Positions 42,965-56,900 of a stretch of DNA of 64,000 nucleotides are shown here, piece after piece (position 1 is the first letter of the stretch; each line of letters begins with the position of its first letter). The notes under the pieces were generated by a model. The model was given only the letters and a program-made list of their open reading frames with translations. It ran no database searches and was not told the DNA's origin. The position numbers were made by a program, and so were the translations under genes. Origin of the DNA: Pseudogymnoascus verrucosus (taxonomy: Eukaryota); the NCBI GenBank assembly GCA_001662655.1, contig KV460209.1. The stretch is one strand, 5' to 3'.

Positions 42965-44383
42965 TTACTGCTCGTTAACAAACAGACCAGCCATTCCCTG
43001 TCCAGTTCCAATACACATGCTAGTCAACAGAATCTTCTTGTTCTGCCTCCTGCACTCGCTCAGTCCTGTGACAATCTGTCTCGCTCCAGTGCATCCCAGC
43101 GGGTGACCGAGGGCAATAGCACCACCACGGGGGTTCATCTTCTCATGCGGCAGGTTAAGCACCTCCTTGCAGTACTCTGCCATCGACGCGAACGCCTCGT
43201 TGACCTCGATGACATCGATGTCGTCGATGGAAAGCTTGTGCTGCTTCAACAGCTTGGGGATGGCAACAGATGGGCCAATACCCATGATGCGGGGTGCGAG
43301 TCCAGCAACGGTGGCGCCGACGAACTTAGCCACGATGGGCTGGCCGAGCCTGATGGCGGTCGAGCGCTTCATGAGAATGACAGCGGCGGCACCATCAGTC
43401 ACCTGCGAGGAGTTGCCACCAGTCGACTTGTCACCAAACTGGGGGAACGCCGGGCGAATCTTAGACAGAGACTCAAAGGTGGTGCCGTAGCGGATACCCT
43501 CATCCTTTGACACAATGATCTTCTTCTCCTCTCCGGTCTTTGGGTCCTTGATGGTGGTCTCGATAGGGATGATCTCGTCGTCGAACCATCCAGCCTTTTG
43601 TGCCCTCTCGGCACGCTGGTAAGACTCCGCAGCATACCTGTCCTGTCTCTCACGAGTGATGTTGAAGTCCTTGCCGACATTCTCCGAGGTCTGGCCCATG
43701 GGCTGCATGCAGTCGGCGGCGTCCTGCGAGCCGGAGATGATATCAGCGTGGAAGGGCTTCATGGGGCCGTCGGTGACCTCAGACATGGACTCTGCGCCAA
43801 TGGCAACACCGATCTCGATGGAGCCCTCGGCGATGGCATTGGCGATGTCCTGGGTGGCCTTGAGACCGGAGGAGCAGAAGCGATTTAGAGAGTATGCACC
43901 GGAAGTGTTGGGGATTCCGGCAGCGAGGGAAGCAGCACGGACGATATAAGCGGCCTTGCCATTGTTGACCTGGTGGATGTTAGATACAGAGTTTCACATG
44001 AGCCAGCACCGCTGGCTGACGAGCTTTCACAGGCTACAGTTGGGGAAGTGAACGTACGTTTCCGAGGCAGATATCCTCAATCAAGCTTGGGTCGAGTTTG
44101 CTTTGAGCGATAACCTTCTTCAACAGCGAGTACACCAGGAAGTCCAAGTTGGTGTCCTTGAAGCTTCCCTTGCCAGCCTTTCCAAGCGCTGTGCGAGCGG
44201 CGAGTGTGATCACAATATCATCAGCATTCTTAGATGTGCTGTTGTGCAATAATCAGCATCATGCCGTTGTTTCCGGGGAAGGCGGGGAATGTTCAGTAAT
44301 CAAGTTGGGGTTTAAACTTACATCGTAGAGAGGCCAGAGCCTGGGGTGATGTGCTTGAGGATGTTGGTGAGGCGTTCAGTCAT
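42965..44383 (-). CDS. POT1: Peroxisomal 3-ketoacyl-CoA thiolase; exons 44383-44322, 44238-44058, 43969-42965
   Basis: PTS2-like RLTNILKHI, active-site NRFCSSG, NEAFA, GGAIALGHPLGCTG and SMCIGTGQG. Confidence 0.93.
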
Positions 44384-44842
44384 CTTGACGGATAATGATA
44401 ATGCTTTAAAAATTACAGAGACTTTTGTGGTTTAAAGAGGGAATGAAGTTGGGGAATCTGGGGTTGGGGGGGGATTATATTATGTTTTTGGCCGAGCCGC
44501 CTTGGTGTTTTTGACCTCGGCATCTTCTGTGACCGGCCTTTTCCGCCACTAGTCGGCCTAAATTTGGAGAATCAGGCGGATGACGTAAGCATGCCGCGGT
44601 CTCGCCTCCACACTCCTCCGCAATGCGGGGTACACCTTGGAGGATACACCAAATCAATAAATGCTTTGAATTTATTGAATTTAACGCCATTTGTATCTAC
44701 AACTACCTTCTATTCCTCATTTACTTGCCGTTTGTCTAATATAATGGTATCAACGCTATTCAACATGGAGAACATTACTCAAACCCAAAACTAGAATCAA
44801 ACCCCAAACTCAAAACTCCAATCGACCCCACCAGCCAAGCAA

Positions 44843-47591
44843 CTAACCAGAGCCCTCGATTCTCGACTCATGCTCGTCACCCGACGAGGAGCCTTCGACG
44901 GTCTCCGTCAGTCTCAGGGCGTCTCCGACATCATTGACATAGTGAGTTTCACCGCCTATCATCTCGACGATACGACTCCTCACCAGTAATTCCCACACCT
45001 CTCCCTCCGTAGGTCCTCTTGAAAACCACACTCGCACGCCTCGCTGCCTGTAGCCTTCCACTATCTCCACTAGAACCTGTGCTCCACTCCCATCCAAGCC
45101 CGTCACGCCGTGGATGTCGAAGATAATGTTCTTGTTATGGTACTCCTGGCGAACGCGTGGGAGGGCAGGATGTGCAGCTGTAGTCCCATAGAATTCCAGT
45201 CGCCTAAGGCGATTCTTCAAATCGCCAGTATTGGCAAACGTAAGAGGCTCTGGGATCTTTACAATCAGGCACCCTTCGATAAATTCCAAATCATCTGGGT
45301 GGGATTCTGCATTTTCAAAGTGGTTGGTGTGCGGTCGTCTGCCCAGAATCTGAATGCGAGGGCGGGTCGAGTGGCGGATTACGGACAAGAGCGAGAGACC
45401 AACTCCAATTGCAATACCGAAGGTAAGGGAGTAGAAGATTGTCGACAAGAAAATGATGGCCATGAGAGCAAGCTCCGGAAGCGCTCGGATACGCCAGAAG
45501 AATCTTATGTCGCTAGGGGCTTCTTCTATAAGACTCCAGGCGACGACAGTAATCATAGAAGACAAGACCGCTCTCTGCTTTTTGTTAGTACAATACTATT
45601 TTGCATGCTAGAATAATGGTAAGTTCGGGGAGAACTTACAGGTAGATAGTAGAAGTATGGCAAAAGAAACAGAATGCAGATAATAGTGATGAGGCTTAGA
45701 AAGATGCTGCTCATCGGAGTCTTCCCCCCAGTTGACGCATTGACTTTACTTCGCCCGTAGCCTCCAAAGCCTGGCAGGGACATGAAGCAGCCGCTAACCA
45801 GGTTTGCAAATCCCAACGCGATAAGCTCGCGGTTCGCGCTCAATTGGATGCCTTGAATTCCATCGCCTTTCTTACTCTCTCCACCGCCGAGTGCCTTCGC
45901 CGCCACTGTAGATTCAAAGAACCCGAGAAGAGCGATCACAAAGGTCGTCCCAAAAGAATCACGAATGTGTTTCATATTCGAGGTCCGGAAAGGCCAGCGG
46001 AATGGGAAAGAGTTCCCGCCAGCTGCAGACTTAATGTCGCCAAGAACTTTGAGGCCGCGTTGGTCCCAGCCAAATTGATAACAGAGGACGGCAGAGAGAA
46101 CCACGACAAGGAAGCGGTCCGGGATATATGCGACATTAGGGTACCGAGGTTGAAGTCGTCTCTTGATTTCCCTATAATAGTATCAGCAATTGGACGTTTA
46201 CTTGTTAGTACGTCTAAACATACCTGCATATCATGATGATAAGAAAGCTCCCACCCGCAACAGCACATGTTAGCTTATGTGCGTCGTTAAAATGCGAAAA
46301 CAGGAATCCCAGCTTCTCGACACTGCTTCCATGCGTCACTCCAGCTTCCTTCGCAATCCTCCCAAGGCCCATCTCCTCAACCAATTGGTCAATCAAGATA
46401 ATGAAGCCAACTGATGAGATGAAGCCGCGCATGAAAGGGCGACTAAGCACATTCTCCAAAAAGCCCAGTCTAGTCATGCCAGCGATAAAAATTATTGCAC
46501 CAGCCAGACCCGTCACCAAGCCAGCCACCTGCGCCTGCGCCACGCCATCTTCATGCCCGACGTCCGTGGTAGAGCTCACAATGGAGCCAACGAGGAGCGA
46601 ACCAGCGGCCTCGGGCCCTACTACCATTTGCGGGCAGCTGCCGAGGAATGCGTATATCAGAGGGGTGAAGACGAAGGAGTAGAGGCCATTGATCGGGGGC
46701 ACATGGGCCAAGTTAGCGGCTAACGAGAGTGCCATCGGGATGTAAAACGATGCCACAGTGATTGCAGCGATAAGATCTCCGCGCACGTACGCCCACTTAT
46801 ATTGCTGTATCCAAGCAAAAAATGGGACATAATATGTCACGTACCTATGGAGGGTATGTTAGCAAAATCGCCATATAATTACTCGCGACCCTCTACTATG
46901 AAAGTGACCAGGAAGTGAGGGGGAAGACATACATAGTTTTGTTCAGTGTTAACCCATGCTCTTCTGCTAGCCTTGCAGTTGTATTCCTCTTTGCATTATT
47001 CGACGGTGCAATTCCCGCTGCAACACTACGAAAGAAGCCTCTGTCTCTAGCGGAGTCTGTTGTCTCTTGGCTTTTAATGCTTGCTGGTCTGCTTATCATA
47101 TTAGGGCTAAAAGTCCCATGGTCGCAAGGCCCTTCATGTGCCCGTTCTGATGAAATCTCTAGTGGTCTCTGTAGCAATGGTGTGGACTCTCGTGAAACAT
47201 CTCGAGCCAGCTTTGGAGGGCGACCGAGCCAGTTTCTCGGCTCTCTGGAGTGCGACGGGCTAGATTGGCTTTGAACTTCTGGGGAACTGGAGGCGGTATC
47301 TTTGTCTTTTGTCTGCGGGCCGGTCTGTCCAGCGGTAGGGGTGGTGGTACTAGGAGGGGATTGGTCGTTGCTGTTGTTATCGCTGTTGCCGTCAACACCG
47401 CCAATGCCATCGCCCGGCTTACTCACTCCCTGGTCTGGCGACGAAGAGAGCGTATGCGCTTCACGCAGTTGGCTTGGACGCGCTGGCGCATGAAGATTTG
47501 GGGTTTGGGTTCTAATTGAGGGCGAAGGAGACTGATCAGGTCGTGGAGTTGCCGGATCTGGGCTGCTGGGCCCTGGTGGTGTAGGTGCCAT
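44843..47591 (-). CDS. SLC26/SulP sulfate-transporter family protein with C-terminal STAS domain (multi-exon)
   Basis: GDLIAAITVASFYIPMALS, PPINGLYS, SANRELIALG and GGYGRSKVN, plus STAS-like EPLTFAN...IFDIHGVTGLDGSG. ORF pieces are joined by GT-AG introns near 46.9, 46.2 and 45.6 kb. Confidence 0.9.
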
Positions 47592-48238
47592 GTTCGAAGA
47601 GTATTAGCTGAACGACATGTGCTGTGTGACGGTAACGCAGTGATAAGATGCAACAACTCGAGCCATGAAGCAAGTAACGGTAGCTAGCAAAACGCAGATG
47701 TGTGAAGAGAGTTGTAGAATATGTCAGCACGAAATAATATCTCGTAGGTACGTAGCCAGTAGCCAAACGTTAGGACGGATACAAGGCAAGCGGGGTCTAG
47801 GTCACCCCCAAGGTTGGCGCGGTGTTTTATTTGCGGAGCCAAGTCCCTGGATTATGTCATGGCATTGTTTTCACATCCAGCTGCCAACGCTTGGCTCCAT
47901 ACGTGATTCCGATAAATATTTATACAGTAATGCCAACTAGAAAGATCACGATGTTGTGGTCAATACTAGGTCCTCGCATACTTTGGCAGAAAAACAAATT
48001 AAATAAGCCATTTTTAAGTAAGTCTTGGTCGAAATCTAGGGACGTGGCGACTAGTGGCGAATATTCTTTACAACCAAATATAGATACACAATACATATAT
48101 ACATAAATATAGATAATTTTTGATTTTTAGTTTGAACCCCAAAATAAAACAAAAGCTAGTATGCTTGCTGCTGTTCATGCAAACAAAATATGAATGCGCT
48201 ATAACTAAAACCGTCCCATGATATATACACCGCCGGGC

Positions 48239-50794
48239 TTACAACGACAACAAATCCCCATTAGCCCCTTGTCCACTAACAGGCGCATACATCTGTTGCG
48301 GCTGGTTCTGGTTCACCACATAGCCCATATTGTGGGTCCCTTGTGTTGGGCTGCCGCCGAACCCCTCGTCGCCATCATTGACGTTCATAGCAGCCATCTG
48401 GCGGTTCCCAACCCCCGCAAAGAACTCATCTGCGGCACTAACTGCAGCAGCAAGGTTGTTGTTATTCGCGGCATTCCCGTTCATGATATTGCGTACAGCG
48501 GCATCGGCGGGTCGAACCTCCATCCCTAGACTTGAAAGAGTCTTTTGAGAATCCGGTCCGAAGCCGTTTGTGTATCCTGGCAGCGTGTTCTTTTGGAGGG
48601 CTGGGCTTTCTGCCAGGCGACGAGGCCTTGCGGTTCGGAATACCTGCTGAACAGGCTTCAGGTATACTGTAGCTAGTGTGCCTACCACGAGACACATTTC
48701 CTCTAACGTCTGTGGGTCTAGTTTCTCACTTTCGGCCGTGATGGGTGGTTTCTCGCCCATAACAATTTCTTTTGCAGCTGCCATATCCGAGGACAGGAGG
48801 CGCCAGTACATATAACCTCTATCTCTTAGATCTGGGTTATCAGTGTCCTCGGTCGCCCACTTAAGCACCTTCGGCACGAGATCTTGGCCCTTTGTAGGGC
48901 GCTGGATGAACAGCTTCACTGTCGCAGTGAGGAGGGCAAGTTGAACTTCAACTGGCTCGTCCGCGAAGGTGTCTAGGAAGTCTTCCAGAAGAGTATCCGA
49001 ATTTTCGATTCGTGCCGCGTACTGGCCAATAATCCAAATCATAGCAGCCTTTGCTTCGGGCTCGTCCAAAGAGTCCAAGTTCTCGCAGAGTGTGGATATT
49101 ATGGATTCGTATTGATCCGGATATTTACGGAAGATGTTGCGAATGACCACAGTGGCCTCCTGAACGATATATGTGACTTTAGTCGCGACAAGCTCGAGAA
49201 GGGTGTTTATGCATTGCTTTGCGGCGGGTTCGATCTTGATAGCCAATTTTCCGATAGCTCGCACTGATTTCCGTACAAAGTGAACGTCGATCTCAGTCGC
49301 ATATTCTCGAAGTTCCGTCAAAACCTCTCTGATGTTCTTTTCGTTTGCAAGCATGAAGATTAATTCCAATTTCGTAACTTTGACATAGATAGGGTCGTTA
49401 TATTTGCAGAAGAAGACTCGGATGTCATTTCTGAGAACTTCCGGCCGCCGTTGCAAAATAAGGAGTGCATTTCGTAGAGCTAGATATTGGATCTCTGGAC
49501 CCTTGGCCAGAAGAGTCACCAGAGGGGGCGAAAGCTTGCGGCACAGAGCCGTTATTTGTTTGTCGTCCTTAATATAGTTCATAAGGTACAGAATTACCCT
49601 TATGCAAGTGAGCACAACGGCAGAGTTCGAATGCGACAGCCTAGGGGCGATCCTCTCCGCAAGGAGCAAAGCCTCAGAGCTCTCCTGAGGCACATACGAC
49701 ATTAATGCCTCCAGAATATATGTCTGGCCCCATCTGTTGTCATTGTTAGCTTTGTGAGGCGAAAGGGTAGCGGGGTAACATACTCTGAGCAATCCGGGAG
49801 GATTTGGACCATCTTTGATGCATTACCATAGTCTATGGTAAGCTTAATCGCATCACTTCGCTCCCATATGTCCATGAGACTGGCTAACGCACTCGCAACT
49901 ACGGTGGGGTTGTCGTCTCTAAGCATAGAGTTCAGCCTCTCGATGAGATCTGATCTCTCAACCAAGTCTTTGTCATGATCGTATAGCTTAGCCACGCAAA
50001 ACGCAGCTGTCTTTCGCACATATGGGTCCGAGTCTTTCAACAAATGTTTGACGTGCGGAACTGTTCCTTCCACAAACTCCCTGACATGTATATACGACAT
50101 TGTTCGAAGTGCCAGCGCTCTGACTAGAGGGTTCGAATCTTTCATATCCTGTGTCAAGTCAGTAAATCGGGGCGGAATATCTCTCCAAGAATCTAACTTA
50201 CACCCTCGAGCGTCGGAAGGGCCTTGACTGCAGTCTCCGGCTTCATTCTGGCATAGTTGACGAGGAACAAGAAGCACCTATATCTCTGTTAGCATCGTCA
50301 CAACCCTGCGAAGCCCCGGCATGTGTATCTCCCAGTTGCACATACATCTTCTTTATCTCCAAGCTCTGTATATCCATACACGCAACCACATCTGGGAAGA
50401 GGGCCACCATATCATTATTGCTCATCGTCATATTTGCCACGATCTTTTTCAGCGCGATCTTCTTCGCCGAGTGATTCTTGTCCTTCTTTCCCCCAAAGTT
50501 GAGCTCCTGTCGCAGCTCCGCCACCTTGCCCTGTCGAGTTTTGGGTAAGTTATATGTATGCAAGTAAAGCGCAGGGGCAAACATCGCCATGGTTGAGACT
50601 GATCAGAGATTCTCTGGACAGTGTGTGGTTCGTGGCGCATCGTGCGGCGAAGTGTCCCAAGGCATTTGATGACAATATCGAATCCGAGAGCGATGCGCTC
50701 GAGAAATATCAAACGAGGAATGGAATGGAACATGAATGGAATAATAAAGACGTACTCTAGCAAAGAGCTTGGCATCTCCCCCGCCTGAACTCAT
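48239..50794 (-). CDS. APL1: AP-2 adaptor complex beta subunit (multi-exon)
   Basis: N-terminus MSSGGGDAKLFAR|GKVAELRQEL..KKIVANMTMSNNDM is the fungal AP-2 beta type. Adaptin trunk motifs NPLVRALALRT, PYVRKTAA and DNPDLRDRGYMYWRLL. Confidence 0.88.
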
Positions 50795-51205
50795 CTTGCC
50801 TTGGTCTTCTGGTCAGTGACCAAAGTGTGTCTGTTACCCCTCCACAAGCAACCAACGGGGAGCGTTGGCGCGCAACCGGCAACTCGCAGCAAGTCACTCG
50901 CTCGCTCGCCTCGTTAGTACAGGTCGTGAGGCGCAATTATCTAGTCATCGCTCCAATCCGCGCATTCAAAGCCGTGTATCGAAAATAAATATAGAGATCG
51001 TGTTGTAGGAGTGTGGATAGGGGATATTGTCCGTTGTCGTTATGGCCGGTGCTGACTACGTCTAATAATCCAATCCGCAAGCGCGCGACGATACGGCCTG
51101 AGCTCATTCCTACCTTAGCGGGACCTCGACAGGCGCGCGGCCCACCGACGACATACGTACAGTCCAGCCCAGAACACTTCACATTAAGGCCATCAACCAG
51201 CCAAC

Positions 51206-51898
51206 ATGTCTCAACCCATGGCCCCGCCTCCACCTCCCCCGCAATGGGTTATCGACCTCAATAGCCCTCCTATCTCGAAGCCAAAGTCCTCAGCTATCCC
51301 GGATCCACCGGGATTTACAGGGGCTCCTACCAGCGGATCAAAAGTCAGCCTCGTCCACCCCAGAGCTCAATTGCCATTTCAAGAATCAAATCTAATGTGT
51401 ACTAGAAGCAACAACTTGCGGCAGGCAAGAATGCGCGCAAACCACCTACGACAGAAGAAACAGACACGCTTAAGCTGAAGAAGGCATGGGAGGTCGCGTT
51501 GGCACCAGTGAAGCAGATCCCCATGACTGGCTTCATGATGTATATGTCGGGCAATGGGCTTCAAATATTCTCGATTATGATGGTTGTGATGGCATTTAAG
51601 AACCCCTTGATGGGACTACTGGCGACAAATTCGGCGTTCCAACGGTTCGAAAGCGAGGGAACAGCGCAGAAGTTGATGTTGGTGAAGGCGGCATATGTGG
51701 CAATGCAGATAGCATCGTTTGGCTTGGGAATCTGGAAAGTAAACCAGATGGGGTTGTTACCGTACGTATTATGCTCCATGGGGATACGAAGCACTGTGGA
51801 CTACATGAACTGACGTGGCTTATAGGACGACGAGATCAGATTGGCTGGCATGGGAGAGCGCGAGGGAACCATTGGAATACGCCATACCAGCGTTTTAA
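51206..51898 (+). CDS. EMC4: ER membrane protein complex subunit 4; introns ~51344-51405 and ~51763-51825
   Basis: KKAWEVALAPVKQIPMTGFMMYMSGNGLQIFSIMM, and spliced MGLLPTTRSDWLAWE. Confidence 0.9.
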
Positions 51899-52146
51899 TA
51901 GGTGTATTATATTATGTCAAACTTAAATTACCCGTTCGTTCGAAGTGATCCACCGCTATAGTATGGCTCTATCCGTCGAGATAATACACCGAACTCATTC
52001 CGAAGCATCATTTATCTGATGGACCTTCCATGATGAAATGTGTACAACAAACAAACTGGCGCAAGGATTGTAAAACCACAGTGGCCCCATGACTGATCAT
52101 AAATACGTTGATTCATTTCATTTAGTTGGCATAATTACTATTACCT

Positions 52147-53265
52147 TTACAACTTGCTTCCGGTATCCTTCTTAATCCTGATTATCAACTTGCCAAACTG
52201 CTTTCCTTGCTTCATCTCCTGGAACAGCTCTTCCACGCCCTTCAAGTTATCCAACCCATCCACCACCCTCGACACGACAGGCACAATCTTCTTCTCGTTG
52301 ACGAATCTCACCATCTCCCTGAACTCCACTCTTGAACCCATAGTCGATCCCTTGAGGTCGATATTCTTCAACACAGCCGACATGGGGAAATCGATCTTCG
52401 GCCCCAGCGTCATACCATAAGACACAACCACACCCCCCTGCTTCACCAACCTAACACTCCTCTTCATGATATCTCCTCCCGCCCCATCAATAATCGCATC
52501 AATCCACTTCCTCTCCTCCGGCAACATGGCCAATAACTCCTTATCCCACGCCGCGCCCTTATAGCTCACTCCCCCCTTCGCGCCCAACGCCACCGCCTTC
52601 TTAATCTTCCCTTCATCCCCACTCGTAACCCAGACATTACACCCCTTCGCCACAGCAAACTGCAGCGCATTAAGCGCCACACCGCCACCGATGCCAGTAA
52701 CCAGGATATTCCTCCCCTCAATCGCCTCTCCCGACTTCGTCACCAGCGCCCTCCACGCAGTCAACCCAGTGAGCGGCAGTGCCGCAGCCTGCGCATCATT
52801 GAGATGCTCCGGTGCGAGTTCCACCTCTGTCTCGGGTAAAACCACGACCTCCTGCGCTGTGCCAACCTCGTTCAATGTCGTTCCCCCCAGGATCCCAATG
52901 AAAGTCTCCGGGCCGCTGACCTGGGATTCCCAGCCATGGGCGGGAGTGAGAATAACCCGCTTTCCATTGAGTTTGGAGGAGCCGGAGGTGACTACTCCGC
53001 AGCCGTCGGCGAGGAGGGGGGTCGTGAAGGAGATGGCGGGGTAGAGCGATTGGCGGATGAAGAGGTCGCGGTGGTTGAGGGCGGCGGTCAAGATCGATAC
53101 TTGGATTTCTCCCTGTGCTGGAGTGCGCTTCTCTACATTGGCTAATTTAAGTCTGGAGAAGGCGCGTTAGTTGTGGTTGGGGGGGGTTGTGTTGGGTGGT
53201 TCTCACGGGTGGTAGACAACGCCTGGTTTCCCCTCCGCCTTGGTGATGCTGAGTGCGAGAGGCAT
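52147..53265 (-). CDS. Medium-chain dehydrogenase/reductase (NAD(P)H:quinone oxidoreductase-like); intron ~53206-53152
   Basis: AALNHRD, ADGCG, AAALPLTGLTAWRAL, Rossmann motif LVTGIGGGVA, GSTMGS and QFGKLII. Confidence 0.85.
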
Positions 53266-53909
53266 TGTGAGTTACTATATTGTTTCGATATATGTATATT
53301 ATTAGAGCAAAATTATACAATCTGCTGGCTCAATGGGTTACTAGGTCTATTATATTATATTTCGCGGATTAGTGAGCGAGCCCCCGCATTACACTACCGA
53401 GGTCAATGACGGCATTGGGGGGATGGTAGCCGTAAATCACCACAGGGCACAGTATTATACCGGGCCGCGAGTATGGAGTAAAGGAAGGCACCCATTACTG
53501 TACGTATTCTACCGACTTTATACCGAACTCCAACGGAGGTTTATTTTAATTGATATTTGCAATTAATGGATCACATGTGAATATGCCTGGCATACATCTT
53601 CAGGCACGGTGGCATAGAGGATGAAGATTATTAGAAATTAGGTTGGTTGATAAGGCGCATTCACTCATTGCAAATGGTGTGCAGTTCTAACATGATCACC
53701 GGGATGCCATCTGAACGGATATGACAGTAAATCTCAACAGTCGTAGTGTACAATAATTCATTATTACTCATAATACAGATACAGCTACTCTAACAGACGA
53801 AACAACCCGCTCCATCCCTGTGATGACGCTTCTTAACTAGTACTCGATATGCAGTAGGCCATGGTATTGATACATTTGCATCACAGTCAAATAATAACAC
53901 ACAGAACGA

Positions 53910-56900
53910 TCACTTACGACCCTTCTTCTTGTTGGGCACAACCTTGAACCCAGACGCGACTGGTTCCTCCACCTTGGCTGGCCCCTTCTTGGCTACCTCG
54001 CTCCACCCACCGGCAGACGCACTTCCCGACCCTGCGGTAGAGAAGCCCGTCGACCCGGCACCGGCGCTCTCAACAATGCCCTTCTCGGCCTGCTTCTTGC
54101 GGCGGAGGAACTCGTCTGCGAAGCGGCGACCATCCATAAGTTGGGAGTTGGCGTAGACGCTATCAGCGATGACACCTGGCTCGCCTGGGAACTCGCAGAG
54201 CATTTGAACAAAGTTGTCAACTGTGAAGAAGTTAGTATTATATATTGGGAAAAGGATTATGCATTGATCTTACCATTGATATCAGTGTTGAGCCCCTTGG
54301 CAAGCGCCGCATTGGCCCACTTGGTGAACTCCTGTTGGGCAGTGGATACTCCACCTTGGCTTGAAAGCGCTGCGGAGCTAGTGTTGGCTCGGTTCTCAAT
54401 GACAGCTGGTCTAGCCACCTTGGCAAGTGTTGGTCCGGCAGTAGAACTGGCCGGGCGCATCACAGGAGATGGAGCAGCGACGACGGGACCTCCAGGCATC
54501 TTGACTTTTCCACCAGCGCCAACCGTAGACCAAGCAGAGTTCATTGCTGGCTGTCCAGCAGTGGGCTTGCTTGCAAGCTCTGCATAGCGCTTTCCGCCGG
54601 AAGGTAAGGCTGGGGCGGCCGCAACGGCAGCTGCGGCAAGCTTCTGCTTTCTAAGTTCCTCCTCTCTTTGGATATCGGCAAGGGTCTTCTTGCTGGCAGT
54701 GGCTGCAGGCACTGGGTTCTGCACCTTGGTAGTGGTAGCCTTAGACCAAGTGGAAGTGGCAGTAACGGCAGGGCCGACTGGCGAGGCACTGCTGGCCCAG
54801 GTAGAGGTGGTTGGTAGCCCGTGAGCAACGGCGGTTGGCTGAGCACGAAGCTCCTGCTCCAGGAGAGCACGGCGAGCTGCAGCGGCAGATTCCTCTAGCT
54901 TGGCGGCCTTCTTAGCTTCAGCCTCTTGGATTTCCTTCAACGAAGGGCCTTTTGGAGCATCAACTGGCTCCTTAGCCCACGGGGCGATAGATGGCGGAGC
55001 AGCTGAAGTATCAGGTGTCTCAGATCTAGACCTAGTTCCCGCGTGGAGAGTCTCGGGAAGGTTGGATCGGCCGCGCTGAGCAGCGGGGGCAGGGAGAGGA
55101 GTCGTTGACTGCGGTGGTGGCGGGAATGGCATTGGCAGGCCACTGGAAACCTTCGCCCATGGAGACTCTGGCTGAGGAGTCTGCTTTGCTGAAGCAGCCT
55201 TTTGAATCTGCTCAGTAAGCGACAAAACCTCCTCCTGGTCCTTACGCTCTACCAAAACTTCGGTCTCAGTGGTAACGGTTTCCGTGCGGGACTGTTGACG
55301 GTTCTGGGGTGGGCGGATTGGCTCAGTGGTCGCAGGCGCAGGCGCATGCTCGGCCTGCTCCATATCATGTTGGGCTCGGAGCTGCTCAAACTCTTGGAGG
55401 CGTGCCCGGAATCCTTGGGGATCATTTTCGGAATGCGCCTGATGCTGAGATGCGGCCGCCTGTGCTTGAGATTGCTGCGAGAATATAGCAGGCAATTGAG
55501 TGCGGGATGCTTGCGTGGCGCCAGTTGGGGCACCAAAAGTCTGCTGGCGGTCCTGTAGGCTTAGTCTCGCAACCTCATCTTCGCGAAAAAAGTCAGGTGG
55601 TAGGTTTGAACCAGTAGTAGGTGCTGGGCGAGCACTGGCGTCAAAGAAGCTGGAGCCGCTAGTTGGAATCTGCTGCTGTGGCATGATAGGGCCAATCGGA
55701 GAGGTAATGCTGCCAAAGCTGGGCTGGCTCTGCAAGCTATGGGCGCTGGAATGGTGGTGCAGAGCCGATGGGAGGCCTCCTGGCATCTGCATCTGCTTCA
55801 TGTTGACCTGCTGCTGTGCAAGGAACTCCCTTTGGCGCGCCATGAGGTATTGTTCCTCTTGCTTGCGGCGCTCGAGGTTGTTCTGCTGCTCCGCTGTCAA
55901 AGTTGTACCGAAGCTTGGGAAAGCCCCGGCAAACGGAGGCTGGACAGCTCCGGGTTGAGGACCGGGCGCACCAGTCGTAGCAGTGGGCGCAAATGGAGCT
56001 CCAGACTGAGCAGTAACAGGACCGTAAGGGATACCAATCTGGGGTACCAGGAATGGCTCACGAGAGTTCCCAATTCTTCTAATAAGTTGACCAAGAGGTT
56101 CAAACTCAACGTCTTCAAGTTTCTTGACAGACAAATCCGGCGTGAAGAACGATGCTTTGTACCAGTCGTGCATTTCCAATCCAGACCAAGGGCCTTGCGT
56201 CTGTCCTTGAGGGTCAAGATAGACCCAGCGCATGCGATCGGGCATCACCATAGTGCGCTGCTGAGTCTGTGGAAGGTTGCCAGGGGTCGGTGTCTGCTCT
56301 GCCGAGGTCTGACCTTGCTGATAAGCTTGACCTGGAGTCTGCGAAGTTGATGGCGGTTGGGAACCAGAAGCGGTTTGGGGCTGAGCTCCTTCAGTAGGAG
56401 GGTGCTGGCCTTGACGGAAATCAGATGCCTGGAACAGATCATCAAATACTCCTCTTCCGGATCTCAAGGGACTGTCGGTCTCTCTTGGAGGGCCAAATGC
56501 ATTTCTGCCAATGGCCCCGAAGTTGCTCATTTGACGCTGATCCTCCCCTTGGTGATCAGCCTCAGTGGTGTGCATCTGCGCCTGCATCGCCGCCGGGAAA
56601 AGCGACCCAAGCTTGCTACCGCGACCAATCGTGTTTGACCCAGAAAGACCGCCCGATACAGGCCCCAGGTTCCCCAAACCACCCAAGCTGGGAGATTGCA
56701 TGTCGCCCATGGGCCCGAAAATTGAGTTGCCAAACGCGCCTTGGAATGACCGCTCCCGGTCAGGGGTGCCAATAGGATTGGCGCTTGTTGGCCAACCTCC
56801 AAGTCCACCCAAACCACCAGCGCCAAGAGACGGGAATCCCTTGCTGCCTGTGGCGCTGGAAGTCTGGCTGCGGTCACTTCCATCGAAAGGCGCGTTGGGG

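Noticed and set aside
42965..47591. Thiolase and SLC26 transporter as members of the siderophore cluster
   Set aside because: They are separated from the NRPS by unrelated housekeeping genes, and I saw no SreA-site cluster. No SidL/SidF acyltransferase or siderophore transporter is in the window.
48239..48600. AP-2 beta lacking the appendage/clathrin-binding region
   Set aside because: Already known for AP-2 beta in Dikarya fungi.
56140..56230. GYF domain reading SFF instead of GYF
   Set aside because: Variation at this position is common in filamentous-fungal homologues as I recall them, and the other signature residues are intact.
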